From Trypanosoma brucei (Eukaryota): DNA of 64,000 bases. Below, piece after piece: positions 43,611 through 55,832 of this stretch; position 1 is the first letter of the stretch; every line of letters starts with the position of its first letter. The notes under the pieces are model-generated. The model ran no database searches and was not told where the DNA came from. It was given only the letters and a program-made list of their open reading frames with translations. Location of the stretch: assembly GCA_000002445.1 (NCBI GenBank), contig CP000066.1, forward strand, positions 1,408,001 to 1,472,000. The letters are read 5' to 3'. The position numbers and the translations under genes are program-made.

Positions 43611-44084
43611 CGTTTGTTCGGCGCTTTTTAATTGTGTTGTGACCTGTGTAACGGGGAGGGGAATGGGGAACACGCACGCACCTATATGTGGCAGTGCCTA
43701 GAAGTTCCTCGTTTGCAGTCTTGTTTTCTCAACCATAGAGCAACCCGTACAAACGGGACTGAACACCCTAAATTGTTGTTGAACTCACCGTTCTCGGTTT
43801 TTTCCTTTCTTTTTCCTTTATTATTCTTTACCCTTTCTTGTGGCATATAATAATTACTTACCGCGTCCACCCAAGCGGGCGCCGTTGTATTGCATGAGAG
43901 TAGATGTGTGGATCGATGCGATAACCTCTTCGAGCAATGTTCATGAACATCGCCCCTTTGTCATCCATTTCGATTTTCTCATCTTTTGATGGTCCTTTGG
44001 CCACAATGTTTGAGAACAAGTGCTGTGGCTGAAAGCATCTGCAAACTACAAGGGAGTCTTAGCTGTGTCGTCCCTTTTCTCCCT

Positions 44085-44140
44085 ACACCTATACAACTTC
44101 CTTGCATGTTTTCCTTTCTACTCTTTCCTTGTCTGCTAGA
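44085..44140 (+). promoter_or_regulatory. Polypyrimidine tract + AG acceptor upstream of hypothetical gene (ATG 44148)
   Basis: 'cttttctccctacacctatacaacttccttgcatgttttcctttctactctttccttgtctgctag'. Confidence 0.35.
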
Positions 44141-44147
44141 CGCATCA

Positions 44148-45389
44148 ATGGGGAGGGAGGTTTCTTGGGCAGAGCTTCCACTTGTCGTGGATTTATCCGA
44201 CGAACTGACACCGTCGAGTCTCCGTCAAGCGCATTGGTACGTTGACCTGCTTACCAATCCACCTCCGGCTCCGCACCCCTTCCGTACATTTCTTAGTGAA
44301 GTGGAAGCTATACGCTTTGCTGCGACCAAGCTGTCTTCCAAACACAGCGTTGACCCCAGTTTGGTAGATGTTGCTGAAACACCAGTGCAACAAATGTATC
44401 AGCAGCAACTCCCACCTTTGCATAGTAACGAGATTGCTGGCACCATATCGTCTGCTGGGGAAGATATCACCGCAAGGGCGCTCCTGGAGGGTCTGCGTGA
44501 ACGTCAAGGTCACTCGTTGGGGACCGCATTGCATCGGAGGTGGGTGCGCCTTCCGCAGGCATATCTTTCGTGGATGTCGCAACGGATTGCAGATGTCGTG
44601 TTGAGGTGCGTCATGCCACTTGTTGGGGGCGGCGAAGAGTACAGAATGGGCAGTGATAAAGGAAACAAGGTGAGCGAGAGATATGACGTCCACGTGAGGT
44701 ACTTCCCCTCCGTAACACATGACAGTGACTCACAAAACTTGTTCTGTGCGGAGATTGTGGTGCGGGATGTTGAACAATTGCAGCGTATAAATGACTCCGT
44801 GTCACTTCTGAGGGCGAAATATACCGCCGTGCGTGCCGAGGGCCAAACCCTGCAGAGTTCACTTGCCTTTTGGCGCAGTGTGGCCCTCGATGGGAGTACC
44901 GATGAACTCGAGGGAGTCAAAGGGGAATCTTATGGATGGGCAGGTGATGGAATTAGCGGTCACGCGGCGTTGAAACCTCCAGGTGGATTGTTTGGTGTTG
45001 AGGGTCATGGGGGTTGGCTGCAGCCCACAAGACGCCAGATGGGGCGAGGTGCCAATTCACAGCAAGGACGGGGAGCTGGTATTAGTAATTCACACGAGTC
45101 ACCCGCACAAAGTGCTGCGGGACTTGTGGCAGTGTTTTATCTGTCTTTTAGTGGTGTGGCTTATGCAGGGGTTGTCTGTGGTGGTGCGGCTAGAAGAATA
45201 TGCGCAACCGCGTCAATGACGGGTGCTGCTGGTGCTGAAGGACATCCATCTGAGACGGCACCAGATCGAACTGGTGAGACTGATGTTACTACTGTTAGTC
45301 ACAAGGGGGAAGCGGGAGATGTGGAGCCTGTTTTCTTTCTTCCTTGCTCTTCCGGTTCCAGTTTTGTGAGAGGGTTACTCGGTCTATAG
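44148..45389 (+). CDS. Hypothetical protein
   Basis: The track ORF starts at TTG 43986. Upstream in-frame ATGs (43989, 44106) lie within a polypyrimidine tract translated as 'CVVPFLPTPIQLPCMFSFLLFPCLL'. The tract ends in 'ctag', followed by ATG 44148 (MGREVSWAELPLVVDLSDEL...), which I take as the start. The C-terminus is Gly/Ala-rich. Confidence 0.5.
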   Translation: MGREVSWAELPLVVDLSDELTPSSLRQAHWYVDLLTNPPPAPHPFRTFLSEVEAIRFAATKLSSKHSVDPSLVDVAETPVQQMYQQQLPPLHSNEIAGTISSAGEDITARALLEGLRERQGHSLGTALHRRWVRLPQAYLSWMSQRIADVVLRCVMPLVGGGEEYRMGSDKGNKVSERYDVHVRYFPSVTHDSDSQNLFCAEIVVRDVEQLQRINDSVSLLRAKYTAVRAEGQTLQSSLAFWRSVALDGSTDELEGVKGESYGWAGDGISGHAALKPPGGLFGVEGHGGWLQPTRRQMGRGANSQQGRGAGISNSHESPAQSAAGLVAVFYLSFSGVAYAGVVCGGAARRICATASMTGAAGAEGHPSETAPDRTGETDVTTVSHKGEAGDVEPVFFLPCSSGSSFVRGLLGL

Positions 45390-45905
45390 GTGTATGGCGA
45401 GAGGTTTTCAGCACCGATTTTTCTGCTGTTAGCTCATCATTTACGGCATGTGGTTGCTACTTTCCACCCATTTCCTTTTGACTTCTAGCACCTTCTTCAG
45501 GCAACAAAATGTTGTAAAGCGGCGTTGGGTACACAGGTGATGAAATTTTACTGTTTGTGAGGGTCTTTCATACATTTCCAGTTATTGGTTACCTCAAACA
45601 CCTGACGCTCGTGTCAATGTTACACCCTCAATCTTTTAGTGTTTCCACCCGTGTGCAACTGTGCATGATGTGTGGTTGATCCAATTGAACCGCCAATATT
45701 CTTTCGTTCCCCCCTTTGCCTCCCGCATATAAATATATATTCCTTTAACCATTTTCCTTTCCCTTTGTCTCATTATATGAAAAGAAAGCAACACAAACAA
45801 CAAACGGAACGCACTCTTATACCTTAGAAGGGGGAAAACTGTGTTTGACCGCTAAAGGTAACAAGACTAACACCACACTTCTCTTCTTTATTTTTCTCCG
45901 CAACC

Positions 45906-46316
45906 ATGGCCATGTCTGGTGTTTCTGTTGCGGACGAGTGCGTCACGGCGCTCAATGATCTCCGCCACAAGAAGTCCCGCTACGTGATTATGCACATCGT
46001 TGATCAAAAGTCCATTGCCGTGAAAACTATTGGCGAGCGAGGCGCCAACTTTGATCAGTTCATTGAGGCCATTGACAAAAATGTGCCATGTTACGCTGCT
46101 TTTGACTTTGAGTATACCACCAATGACGGCCCTCGTGACAAATTAATTCTCATCAGTTGGAATCCCGATTCCGGAGCCCCACGCACGAAGATGTTGTACA
46201 GCAGCAGCCGCGACGCTCTCGTGCCCCTCACGCAGGGTTTCCAGGGAATTCAGGCAAATGATGCATCGGGACTTGACTTTGAGGAAATCTCCCGCAAAGT
46301 GAAGTCGAACCGGTAA
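45906..46316 (+). CDS. ADF: Actin-depolymerising factor / cofilin
   Basis: ATG start, 136 aa. 'SGV.V.DEC..AFNDL...K.RY.I' is an ADF-H N-terminus. 'FIEAIDKNVPCYAAFDFEY' and 'KLILISWNPDSGAPRTKMLYSSSRDAL' match the ADF-H fold consensus (KxxFIxWxPDxAxxxxKMxYASSKDAL). Confidence 0.9.
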   Translation: MAMSGVSVADECVTALNDLRHKKSRYVIMHIVDQKSIAVKTIGERGANFDQFIEAIDKNVPCYAAFDFEYTTNDGPRDKLILISWNPDSGAPRTKMLYSSSRDALVPLTQGFQGIQANDASGLDFEEISRKVKSNR

Positions 46317-46988
46317 TAATAAAAAAGAAAAATGTACGGCAGAAGGATGATGGGAGAAAAGGAGAAAAGGAGCGGTGTGGAGTGAGGGAATGAACAAGGA
46401 GTGTGCAAATGAGAAAGAAAAAAAAATAAGCGACGGGCAAAGGAAGACCAAAAAAAATAAAAAAGAAAAAGAGAAGGAAAAAGAAGAGAGGAAATCGGCA
46501 AAAACAGGGAAGGAATGGTGCGAAAATGAGAATAGGAAGGAAAAGAAAAATAGGAGAGGGATCGAAAGTTCAAAGGAAATAGTAAAGGACTAAAATTCAG
46601 AAAACGGATATGTTTCCTTCTTTTTTTCTTTTTCTTTTTCTTTTTTGGTTTGTCTCTCGTTTATTTTTATATCATTTGTTACATCAGTGATACCAGTCTT
46701 CACTACTGGACCATTTTCTCTCTTATTTTTGGTTTTGCAGTTTTTTTCTTTTCTTTTCTTCCTTTCTTTACCGCACTGCTTTTTCTTTTTGTCCCTATTC
46801 ACGCTTTGTTTGCTAAATTAAGTTACATCACGCAGGCGTAAACTATGGCCACTGCTACCGTTACTTCTCTCGTCGTTTATTCGTTTATTTAAATTATGTT
46901 GCAAAAAAAAAAATTTTAATGAAAGAAACAAATACAAGAGAAAGAAGAGGTGAAAAAGAAGAGTGCAGGAAGGCCACCAGTTTTACGT

Positions 46989-47028
46989 GTCTGTCTGTCT
47001 GTCTGTCTGTCTGTGTGTGTGTGTGTTT
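46989..47028. repeat. (CTGT)n-(TG)n compound microsatellite
   Basis: 'tctgtctgtctgtctgtctgtctgtgtgtgtgtgtgtttg'. Confidence 0.9.
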
Positions 47029-48116
47029 GTTTTGCGCGTGTGAAATGGACCAGAATTCAGGAAAAGGAGGAAAGTAAGAGAAAAAAAAAGAAAAAAACAA
47101 AAATACAAAACAAAACTGAAATCGAATGAATTTTTAGGCTTGCATTTGAAGCTCTTAAGCACCTCCAGCTTACTGCTATGGCTTCTTTATTTATTTATTT
47201 ACTTTTTTACTTTTTTTTTTTTTTTTACCTACCCGCCCCTCCACACAACCACTCATTTCTTTCGTTTCTCCTCTCATTCTGTGCATGAATATATACAAAT
47301 ATAAATAGTTGTATGTGTTTCTCATCTATTTGTATTTACTTGTCTTGTCTTTTTACAGTTGTTAAAATGTGTTCCCTTCTTTTTCTTTCTTTTTGTATTG
47401 TTAATGTTCTGTGTTTTGTCTTATTTTATATCAAAGTGGGAAGGCTCACTTCACCGACAGGTTTATTTGTGCATATATTTGGAATATATAAAAGGATAAA
47501 CCTGCCAAAGGGAAGTGAGAGTAGTGTGTAGAAGCGAAAATAGCAAAGACAGAATAGGAGATATCCATTTGGAAAACACGAGTAAATTTAGGTAAAAGGG
47601 CTTTTGTGCGCGTTTTGTTCCCTCCATCTTGTTTTTTTTTTCAAAGAAAAAGGAAGACAAAAAAGGGAAAAAGAAAGGAGGGTTGTTGTTGTTGTTGCTG
47701 TCGTTGTTTCCTTTGCTCATTGGATTTTAGGAACGAAGCAATAGGAAGCAAAAAGATACAAGTACCAGCACAGTGCGAGTGTGTTTTTATAAAACACATA
47801 ATATTCCCGTCATCTCCTTCGCTGTAGTCCACTTTGCCAACAGTAAACGGCATTAATTTTATTACTGCTGAAGTTATTGTTATTATTAGCAGGCGTATTT
47901 CCGGTGTTGCAAGTTTCATTGCGCCACTCAATCAATCAATCAATCAAACAAACAAAAAGTAGCGACCTTTGTTTTTTTTTTCGTCTACCTCTTCTTTTTT
48001 TTTTCCTCTTTGTGTTTGTGCGTGCGTTTTGTGAGATCAAAAGAGTGCTTTGATCAAACGAATCGAAGTCCATTTAGGCAAAGTTAGTCAAGGAAGAAAA
48101 AGCGCAGCATTTAGTA

Positions 48117-48139
48117 CATATATATATATATATATATAT
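48117..48139. repeat. (TA)11 microsatellite
   Basis: 'catatatatatatatatatatat'. Confidence 0.85.
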
Positions 48140-48976
48140 TAATTTAATTTTTTTTATAAAGAAGGAATATTTTTGTATCTTCTTTTTTTTGTGTTTCTCC
48201 TCATTTCGGATTCCATTTTTTTTTCTTTTGGGGGCCGTAGCAGAGTTTAGGTAAGTTAGTTAGTACGTATATTAAACAGTAAGTGAGTAAAAAAGGGGAG
48301 AAAATAGACTTCGGTAAATTTATATATTTATACATTTATATAGGGACAACAAAACAGAACCTGAACATAGTAATATCTTTTTTTTTCTTTTTGAGCAAGA
48401 GGAACGAAAGGAAGAAATAAAGAGAAAAAGTAAGGTCTTTATTATTGTTGTTGTTGCTATCATCATTAGTAGTATTAATAGTAAAATTACTAGGGAATTG
48501 TAAGCTATTTGTTAAACGCCCGTTTGATCAATCGTTTTATACCTCATTTCCCTTCTTTGTAGAGTTTGACAGACTAGTTTCTTTGAAACCTGTTCTGTTT
48601 AATCTTTCGTGGGCTTTATTACTTTACTTTACTTTTTTTTTTAGTTTCTCAACTTAGAAATCAAAGATATATATATTTATATATATATATATATATCTTT
48701 GGGTCACCCGTTTTAAAGGGTGCTGTTGTTATTATTGTTATTATTAAGCTATTATTTTCGTTTCCGCTGTCACCGGTTTACAAAGTTACGGAGCGCCACG
48801 TGACACCGTCTCTTCATTTTTGTTTTCTGTTACTGTGATAATATTTATTATAATTATTGTTGTTGTTTTTTTGTTGTTGTTGGCGTGCCACTAACCAACT
48901 GAGTAAGTGAGTGAGTGAGTGTGAGTGTGTGCGTGTGCGTGTTTTGAGTTTGTTTTTGTGTGATTGACGGGTCGTA

Positions 48977-50053
48977 ATGTTCGTTCGGAAATTTCAGGGA
49001 GAAATCCTCAAAAAGGAGGGGCATGAACCACCAAAAGGGGATAAAGCACAGGGATCTCACTCAATGAGTTTAACAACTTCTTTTGTGGATCCGGAAAACG
49101 CGAAGCGCGAGCGACCGGTTGTGGATGTCTCAGCTCCGTATAATCCACTGGATGAGACGCATCAAATACGAAAATTGGGAGTACAAAAACTCGCTATTGG
49201 GTTCCTTTCCCTCAACGGTTTCACAGGTGCACACGAGGAGGTACCTTACACGGATTCCATGAGTACATACGAATGCGTGAGGTACGGTATGATAGGCCTC
49301 AATGTGTGGTTCGCAAACTTTTTCTTGGTTCGCGCGGGTAATTCCGGTTCACCTGTAGGACATCCACGGACACGGTTTGCGTGGAACATAGCGTTTTTAA
49401 TGGGAATTATACGAGTGAACTTGGCGGGTATTGTTGGAATTGGTGGGTACTTTTACTCGTATGAATGGCTCTATACCCATGGGCCGGCGATGTTCCGTAT
49501 TAAAGATCCCTCCCCAAATGCGTATAAGCGGGCATGGGATGAGGGTCAAAGTTGTTACTTGTCTCGTGCAGCCGCTTGCATTTTCCCGCCACTCGGCTAC
49601 GCCATCTTTATGGGGCGCTGGAAGAAAACCGCTTTTTGGTTTGTCTTCACACTGGCGATGAGTATGCAGTATGAATATGCGCGGCATTACATTCTTCCTG
49701 GTATGCGGTTGTTTTATAGCTTTCAGGCGAACCGAGAGACGCAGCGGCAGGCAAATTGGGGTTCACTCGCTCCCGTATTGGAACATCGTGTGGATCCTGA
49801 TACCAATCGTAATGCAAGCGTGGCAGCGTCGCGGTATATGCGTATTACTCAAGGTCCACTTCAGGATACTATTTGGGCTAATGCAACGCATGAGAATTTA
49901 CCTTTCCACCGCTACGGTATGAAGCTGCCAAACCCGTATTATAACTGGCAGAAGGCACCGCAGGGGTACAATAGCAAGCCATATCGTTTCAAGAATGATT
50001 TATGGGACCTGCCAAATGTATTGAACACATCTAAAGCAAATTTTCGTATCTAA
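48977..50053 (+). CDS. Hypothetical multi-pass membrane protein
   Basis: ATG start, 358 aa. There are several hydrophobic segments: 'LAIGFLSLNGFTGA', 'MIGLNVWFANFFLV', 'IAFLMGIIRVNLAGIVGIGGYF' and 'TAFWFVFTLAMSM'. I see no recognisable family. Confidence 0.5.
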   Translation: MFVRKFQGEILKKEGHEPPKGDKAQGSHSMSLTTSFVDPENAKRERPVVDVSAPYNPLDETHQIRKLGVQKLAIGFLSLNGFTGAHEEVPYTDSMSTYECVRYGMIGLNVWFANFFLVRAGNSGSPVGHPRTRFAWNIAFLMGIIRVNLAGIVGIGGYFYSYEWLYTHGPAMFRIKDPSPNAYKRAWDEGQSCYLSRAAACIFPPLGYAIFMGRWKKTAFWFVFTLAMSMQYEYARHYILPGMRLFYSFQANRETQRQANWGSLAPVLEHRVDPDTNRNASVAASRYMRITQGPLQDTIWANATHENLPFHRYGMKLPNPYYNWQKAPQGYNSKPYRFKNDLWDLPNVLNTSKANFRI

Positions 50054-50506
50054 AAAAGAACATTTTGGTGGGAGGATATATTTGGTGTGCAGGTGTGTGT
50101 ATATGTGTGTGTTTATGTGGGTAAATATAGCGGTTTCTTTCCTCATCCTTCCCTTTTGTACCTTTTCCTCCTTTCATTTTTTGTTTTGCAACCTCTCATT
50201 GTTTTTTTTTGTTTTTCTTTCTTTTTTTTTTTTTTGCCTTCGGAGAGGCGAGACGGATGCGCACAAAGGGGAGGAAAGGATCTACTTGTTCTGGTTGAAG
50301 CTGTGGAAGTTTTCTTTTACTTCGTATATTATTATTATTGTTATTATTTCATCGAGCTTGGCTCCTTTATGCTCCTTGGTTTGTATATTTTTCGTTTCGT
50401 GGAAGGTGGGTTGTAAATGTATGATGAAGGAACGATCGTAAGCAACAAAATAAATAAAAAAAAGAAAAAAAAAGGTGAAGGACAGAAAAGAAAGGCGGGG
50501 AGAAGG

Positions 50507-50546
50507 GTTGGTGGTGGTGGTGGTGGTGGTGGTGGTGGTGGTGGTG
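50507..50546. repeat. (GGT)13 perfect trinucleotide microsatellite
   Basis: 'ttggtggtggtggtggtggtggtggtggtggtggtggtgg' lies in intergenic sequence. The minus-strand ORF 50344..50625 reads it as poly-Pro and is an artefact. Confidence 0.9.
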
Positions 50547-51488
50547 GAAACTGTAGATGACGTTTATTTGAACGCCATGTTGCTGTAAATGTAGAATGGC
50601 AACAGAAGTTTCTTCCCAGTTTCACAATCCCAATCTTTAACTTCTTCTTTCCTGTTTATTTATTTATTTTGCTGCTTGCTTGAATCTACTTTATATATAC
50701 ACACTTTTTTTAAAAGTGATGTGAAGGGGGAATGCAAAAGGTGATGGGAGGATGGAGGAAGGGGGATAACTGCAATAATAAGACTGCAGCGTCATAGGCC
50801 TGTGGTGATGTGAAGTAGGAAATTCGTGCGAGTGGAAGAAAGGAAAAACTAAATCAAACGAGAAAAAAAAAAGACAAAAAATATGACGTGAGGGTGCCTG
50901 GGGGTGGGATGGGGGAAGCAGATCGATTTTTTTTCTTTCGTGCGTGTTTATGTGTTTGTGTGTGTTAATGTGCCTACGGTGCAGCAGAGCCATCTTTAAA
51001 GCGTTTTGAATCTGCGGCGGCTGGTTCCTGAATTATGTGCGTAACAGTAACTATAGATGCATTTTGTAGTGTCGCGTGCAATTTTCGATGTGCTGTGTGG
51101 TGAACTGTTCGTGTGTTCTCGTTTGATTTTTTTATTAGCTGTCCTTGCGGCACTGGAATGTTATTGCCGCATATATTTGTATGTTTATTTATTGAGTTGT
51201 TGCTTGCTTTTTCTACTTTTATTAATTTTATTATTTCCCCGGGGGCCACAACTGGTGTAGCAGTCAAGGGAATTACATACCAAGTACTTACAGGAGAGTA
51301 ACTGTACCGATAGATATTCATATTTGCAGATAGATAAGAGTTAGGACACGTAGGTATTGGATATATAACATAGAAGAGGAGCAAGAAAAGGGGGGAAAAA
51401 AGAAAAAAAAGGGAAGAGAAGAGAAGGGAGATTACTGTTCATCCCGTTACGAGTCTCATTTCGGTGGTTTCTATTACCAACCGGTTTA

Positions 51489-52199
51489 ATGGCATGTGAT
51501 GATTCGACGAAGCGCAATGCCGCAGCCGTCAATCGTCTTCTCCAAAAGACTCGAGCTGCAACGGCCCCTAATAGTCAGTGGTTAAATTCCATAACACGGA
51601 GGGAAGATGGAACACTGTCGAATGAGTTGCACCTCAGCAACCAACAGCGCCTCGCCTGCGAAATGGGCGTATTTCCTAAAGGCCACTTCGGTGATGTAGA
51701 AATAGAAGAGGAGAATCCCCAGCGCTCATGTCATGCGTTAGCTCAGAGGCGTGCGCGACATGAGTGGAAAACTGATGAGGAGGCAAAACGGCGGCTGCAA
51801 ATTGGCCGCGGCGAAGTGTGCAATAAACGGGAACTTCGTGCGGCAGCGCGGCGGGAGGCGGCGATTCTTCGTTATGAAATGACTCTTCCCAGGCGGCGTG
51901 TGGTTGGACATCTTTCGCATTTAATGCCAGCACAAGCGGATGCGTCACTTGCTGTTCCAACTGAAGGCGCTGCTGATGCTCTCGTGGAAAAGGGATGTGG
52001 CCGCTGGGTTTTACATAATTCCTACCGACAGCAGCTTCTGCATGGAGAGCCCGTCATGACGAGGATTATGCGTGGAGAGTTTTATGAAACCAAACCTCCT
52101 CCACAGAGGAAAAAGAAGGTTTGGGCTGCAGGAAAGCGGCACGTCCGTATGACCAGCGAAGTAAACCGTTTAATGAACACAGGAGGGTGGTGTCGATAA
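51489..52199 (+). CDS. Hypothetical basic protein
   Basis: ATG start, 236 aa, Arg/Lys-rich and in the same orientation as its neighbours. No domain recognised. Confidence 0.45.
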   Translation: MACDDSTKRNAAAVNRLLQKTRAATAPNSQWLNSITRREDGTLSNELHLSNQQRLACEMGVFPKGHFGDVEIEEENPQRSCHALAQRRARHEWKTDEEAKRRLQIGRGEVCNKRELRAAARREAAILRYEMTLPRRRVVGHLSHLMPAQADASLAVPTEGAADALVEKGCGRWVLHNSYRQQLLHGEPVMTRIMRGEFYETKPPPQRKKKVWAAGKRHVRMTSEVNRLMNTGGWCR

Positions 52200-53008
52200 A
52201 CGAAAAAAAAAAGAGGATGGATAAGGTTATGGAGGGAAAAAAACCAATCCTCTAAGGGATTGCATATGGTGGTTAGTATTACATTCTTGTGCAGTCCTTT
52301 CCTCGCTATTTTGCTTAATATATATATATTTCTTTCCCTGCGTGCGCTCTCCTAGTTCTTCTTCATTTCCTATCATGAAAATGAGAAATGTTCATAGATG
52401 CAAATTGCGCCCTGTTGAATTTCACCGCTAAGGCATTTTTTTTTCTTTTGCGGCCCAGTGTTTTTGGTTCCTTCTTCTTTTTTATTCATCAGCATGCCAT
52501 GGTAACTCACTTGCCGCTAGATTTGGTGTACGTTTGCGACATGATTTTAATTAATTTTCCCCTTAATTTTTATTGTTTTTTTTTCATTTTCGTCACTTGC
52601 ACGGAGTCGTCACCAACAGGCCCCCTCTTTTTTTCTTTCCATTACCCCTCTTTTCGGTAAAATACCATCCCACTTCAGGTTCGGATGGTGGCACGTAGAT
52701 TCATCCCTAACCTTTTTTTTTTCACGAGTGAGTGTCGCTAATTCTTGCCTTTTCACTTTTTTTTATAAAAAAATCTCTTTAAAAAAATTTGTTATCTCCC
52801 ATGGTCATGATTGTCATTACTGTTGTTTCATAATTTTACATCCCATTTTTTCTTTATTTTTCCTTTTATTTTTTATTTTTTTATGCTGATTTACTTTAGA
52901 TTTCTTTGCTTGTTATAACAGTCTGGAAGTGAACCCTGGGAAGTGAGAAGCAGGGAAGTGTTGACGCACATCCTCTTACACACATATATATTTGTACAAT
53001 ATAAATAA

Positions 53009-53013
<5 letters not shown>

Positions 53014-53038
<25 letters not shown>
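53014..53038. repeat. (AT)12 microsatellite
   Basis: 'atatatatatatatatatatatata'. Confidence 0.85.
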
Positions 53039-53039
<1 letters not shown>

Positions 53040-53093
53040 ACAGTGTAGAGCAAGGTTAGTGTAAAGTAGGTATATATATATTTTTGTAGTGGC

Positions 53094-54050
53094 ATGTTGA
53101 GGCTTATCAACAGAGGAAACAAGCGGTGTGATGAGCCATGGTCACCTCTCTTTTATCCACTTCAACCATGCCTTATTGTAATACGTGTTGGCCGTGCCGC
53201 CATCTCATCAGTTGCATCCAGGAAACTTTGCGTGGCGCTCTCACCACGTCTCTTAGGTGAAGGTATCGCTTCCAATGTTTCCCTTAGCAGCCGTGTGCAG
53301 CGGGAGGCTTTTTATTATGTAGTTTCATACCTTTCGCTTCGTCGCCCTGTACTCATTGCATGGCCAGTGGAAAAAGTGCTGTGGATTATTGGGCGAAATG
53401 CTTCAGGTTCAGTAAGTGGTACTACCACAAATATAATGTCACGTTTAGCAGGGCAACCCCTCGTGCGGCAGGTGACGGCAGTGGCACTTCATGGCGGAAT
53501 CGCCTCCACCGCCGCTGCCGTTGTTGTGCAAATTGGCGGTCGAAGTTTTGTGTTGTTGCGGCGAGCCATCACGGACTCGAGTTTTTCAAAGTTGTCTCTC
53601 CAACAATATTGTCATGATGTTGTTACGATTCTCGCATCCGCTGGCGTGTCTGTAGCGGGTGGAGGTGTCGGGGCAGTTGTTGGTGGTTTTATTCTTCCGG
53701 GTATTGGAACCGTAATTGGATGTATTGTTGGATCTTTTGGTGGTGGACTTGTGCCTTACGCTTTGCGAGACGAGGGACCCGAGAAGAAGCAACAACAAAT
53801 GGCGCAACATTGTTACAATCCAACTCGGCCACTTAAAATATTGGAGGAAGATGATGGTTGGCTCTATATTACAGACTGTACTGGGGATTCGCAGTATATG
53901 TTTTACGACCAAATGGGAGGTGGGGAAACAAAATCTATTTTAGAGGAGGATGGCGCTGTCAATGGTGTAAAGGTCGAGAATTGTGATGTTGACGGAAGCG
54001 ACGATAGTGTTGGAAGTGAGTGGGAAGATGTAAAGGACGCAGATTCGTAG
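53094..54050 (+). CDS. Hypothetical protein with glycine-zipper membrane segment and acidic C-terminus
   Basis: ATG start, 318 aa. The N-terminus 'MLRLINRGNKR' looks presequence-like. A GxxxG-rich hydrophobic stretch 'GGGVGAVVGGFILPGIGTVIGCIVGSFGGGLVPY' is present. The C-terminus 'DVDGSDDSVGSEWEDVKDADS' is acidic. Confidence 0.5.
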   Translation: MLRLINRGNKRCDEPWSPLFYPLQPCLIVIRVGRAAISSVASRKLCVALSPRLLGEGIASNVSLSSRVQREAFYYVVSYLSLRRPVLIAWPVEKVLWIIGRNASGSVSGTTTNIMSRLAGQPLVRQVTAVALHGGIASTAAAVVVQIGGRSFVLLRRAITDSSFSKLSLQQYCHDVVTILASAGVSVAGGGVGAVVGGFILPGIGTVIGCIVGSFGGGLVPYALRDEGPEKKQQQMAQHCYNPTRPLKILEEDDGWLYITDCTGDSQYMFYDQMGGGETKSILEEDGAVNGVKVENCDVDGSDDSVGSEWEDVKDADS

Positions 54051-54218
54051 TAGTTGAGCAAACGGTTTTTCTTTTTTCGAAGTTTATGTTGTTCGTGTTT
54101 ATATGGAAGGATGCGGACGCTGCCGGAGTTTTCCCTTCTTTTTCTTGCAATAGTTCCGACTTTTAATGATAACAATAGTTATTGTTTTCATTCAGTTTTC
54201 CATCTCACCTAAGCACAT

Positions 54219-54220
54219 AG

Positions 54221-54252
<32 letters not shown>
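54219..54252. repeat. (AC)n-(AT)n compound microsatellite
   Basis: 'acacacacacacacacacacacatatatatatat'. Confidence 0.9.
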
Positions 54253-55832
54253 GCAAATGCACGAGGGAACGTATTATTTTATTAACTTTATTGCTTAGCA
54301 GGTGTTGCCATTGCGGAGAGGGGGAACAACGAATACGGGTATAAAGCAAAGAAATGCATGAAGGGAGATGAGGTTGGGAACTTTTTACTTTTTTTTTTTC
54401 ACTTTTTCAGCATTTAACTGCGTATCCATGACGGCATTTCTTGATGACGCTATGGTTTGTCCCTCTTTATTTAATTCAGTTTGCTTTAGTCCTTCACTCT
54501 CCACTTTCTTTTTCCCTTCTTTTTTTTAAAAAAAATGTTTCATAGGTATCACCATATCCCTTCTGCGTACCCGCAATTGTTGTGCGTATTTTCCTAATTT
54601 ATTCCCTTTTTCTTTTTTTTTTCTCTTTTTCCCCTTTTCTTTATCTTTTTTTTTACTTACGTCAACTCGTTGAAATTATGTATTGTTCCTTCCTTTTCGT
54701 ATGGCGTTAAATAAATATAGAAATATATATGCACCCGTGTTTATGTGGATATGTGTAAAGTGTTGGTCTTCTTTCATGTTACAATTTTTTTTTCTTTTTC
54801 TCTTTCCTCCGTTTTGTTGCTTTTCTCATTGCTTATGATGCTTAATTGCATCTTAAATTATATAACTTAATTGCCCGTACATTTGCAGCATGTTGGGAAG
54901 CGGAAGAGGTGTGGGGAAGGGAAGGGGAAAAATATGATGCGGATGCTGAGAATTTTGGTTATGGTGGTGATATAAATATGGAAGAGGTCACATCAGTTGC
55001 TGTTTTTGTGTTATATCGTATCATATAATATCGTATTTTGTTTGTTTGTTTGTTTGATTTACCTATTTATTATTATTATTTTTTTTTCTTTTGAAAAAAA
55101 GGAAATTTTAATTATGCACAGTTTTGTCGACTTCTCTCCTGTTCCTTTTCTCTCTCTCCTTCCCATACGCAGGCACATTTCTTATATATTTTTTGCAAAA
55201 AAAAAAGCTCATTTATTTGAGCATTCAGACTTTTCATTTTCCCTCCTATTTGTCGCATACGAGAAACTGTGTTTGTATGTGTCGTCTTTTACTTTTATGT
55301 GTTTCCTAATTGTTGTTGTTTGCTTAAAACCCTCTTCATTAATTCATTCATCATGTTTTAACACATCCTATTTTTCCCCCTTGTTTTTTTTGTTCTTTAC
55401 ATGTGGAATGAGTAAGTTCACCATCACCCCCTTTTTTAGAAAAGACAAAAAAAAAGAAAAGAAGAAAAGAAATTACACCTTATAATATAAAACATCCGTG
55501 TGCACAAATACCTAAATATATACTAATTTTGTTAGAAAGCTAACAAAAACGAAGGAGAAACGAACGAACAAACAAACAAACAAACCAAAAAGAAGAGTGT
55601 ACACGGGGAAGGGAATAAATAATATTCACTTGGAAAAGGAGGAGTTTGCAACGCACCTTCCCTTTTCCCTCGCGTTGTTACGCAAAAACAAAACAAAAAA
55701 AAGCAAATAAAAAAGAACCAGTGGATCAGGTGACCACGTCATCATTAAATTTCATCAACCATATAAACTCCATTGCATATATAGAGTGAAATTACACTTC
55801 ACAACTATTTACCTCAGTTGTGTTTTCACCTC

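Noticed and set aside
50344-50625. 93-aa minus-strand ORF containing a poly-Pro run.
   Set aside because: The poly-Pro is simply the translation of the (GGT)13 microsatellite's complement. The ORF lies in intergenic sequence with no other support.
4944-55832. ORF-track start coordinates at TTG/GTG codons (for example 4944, 7701, 13224, 16349, 22606, 25445, 27570, 33220, 43986, 55818).
   Set aside because: The track appears to use a bacterial-style start-codon set. This is a eukaryote, so I moved each start to the first in-frame ATG that follows the polypyrimidine/AG signal. The N-terminal extensions mostly translate T-rich intergenic sequence (Phe/Leu/Ser-rich).
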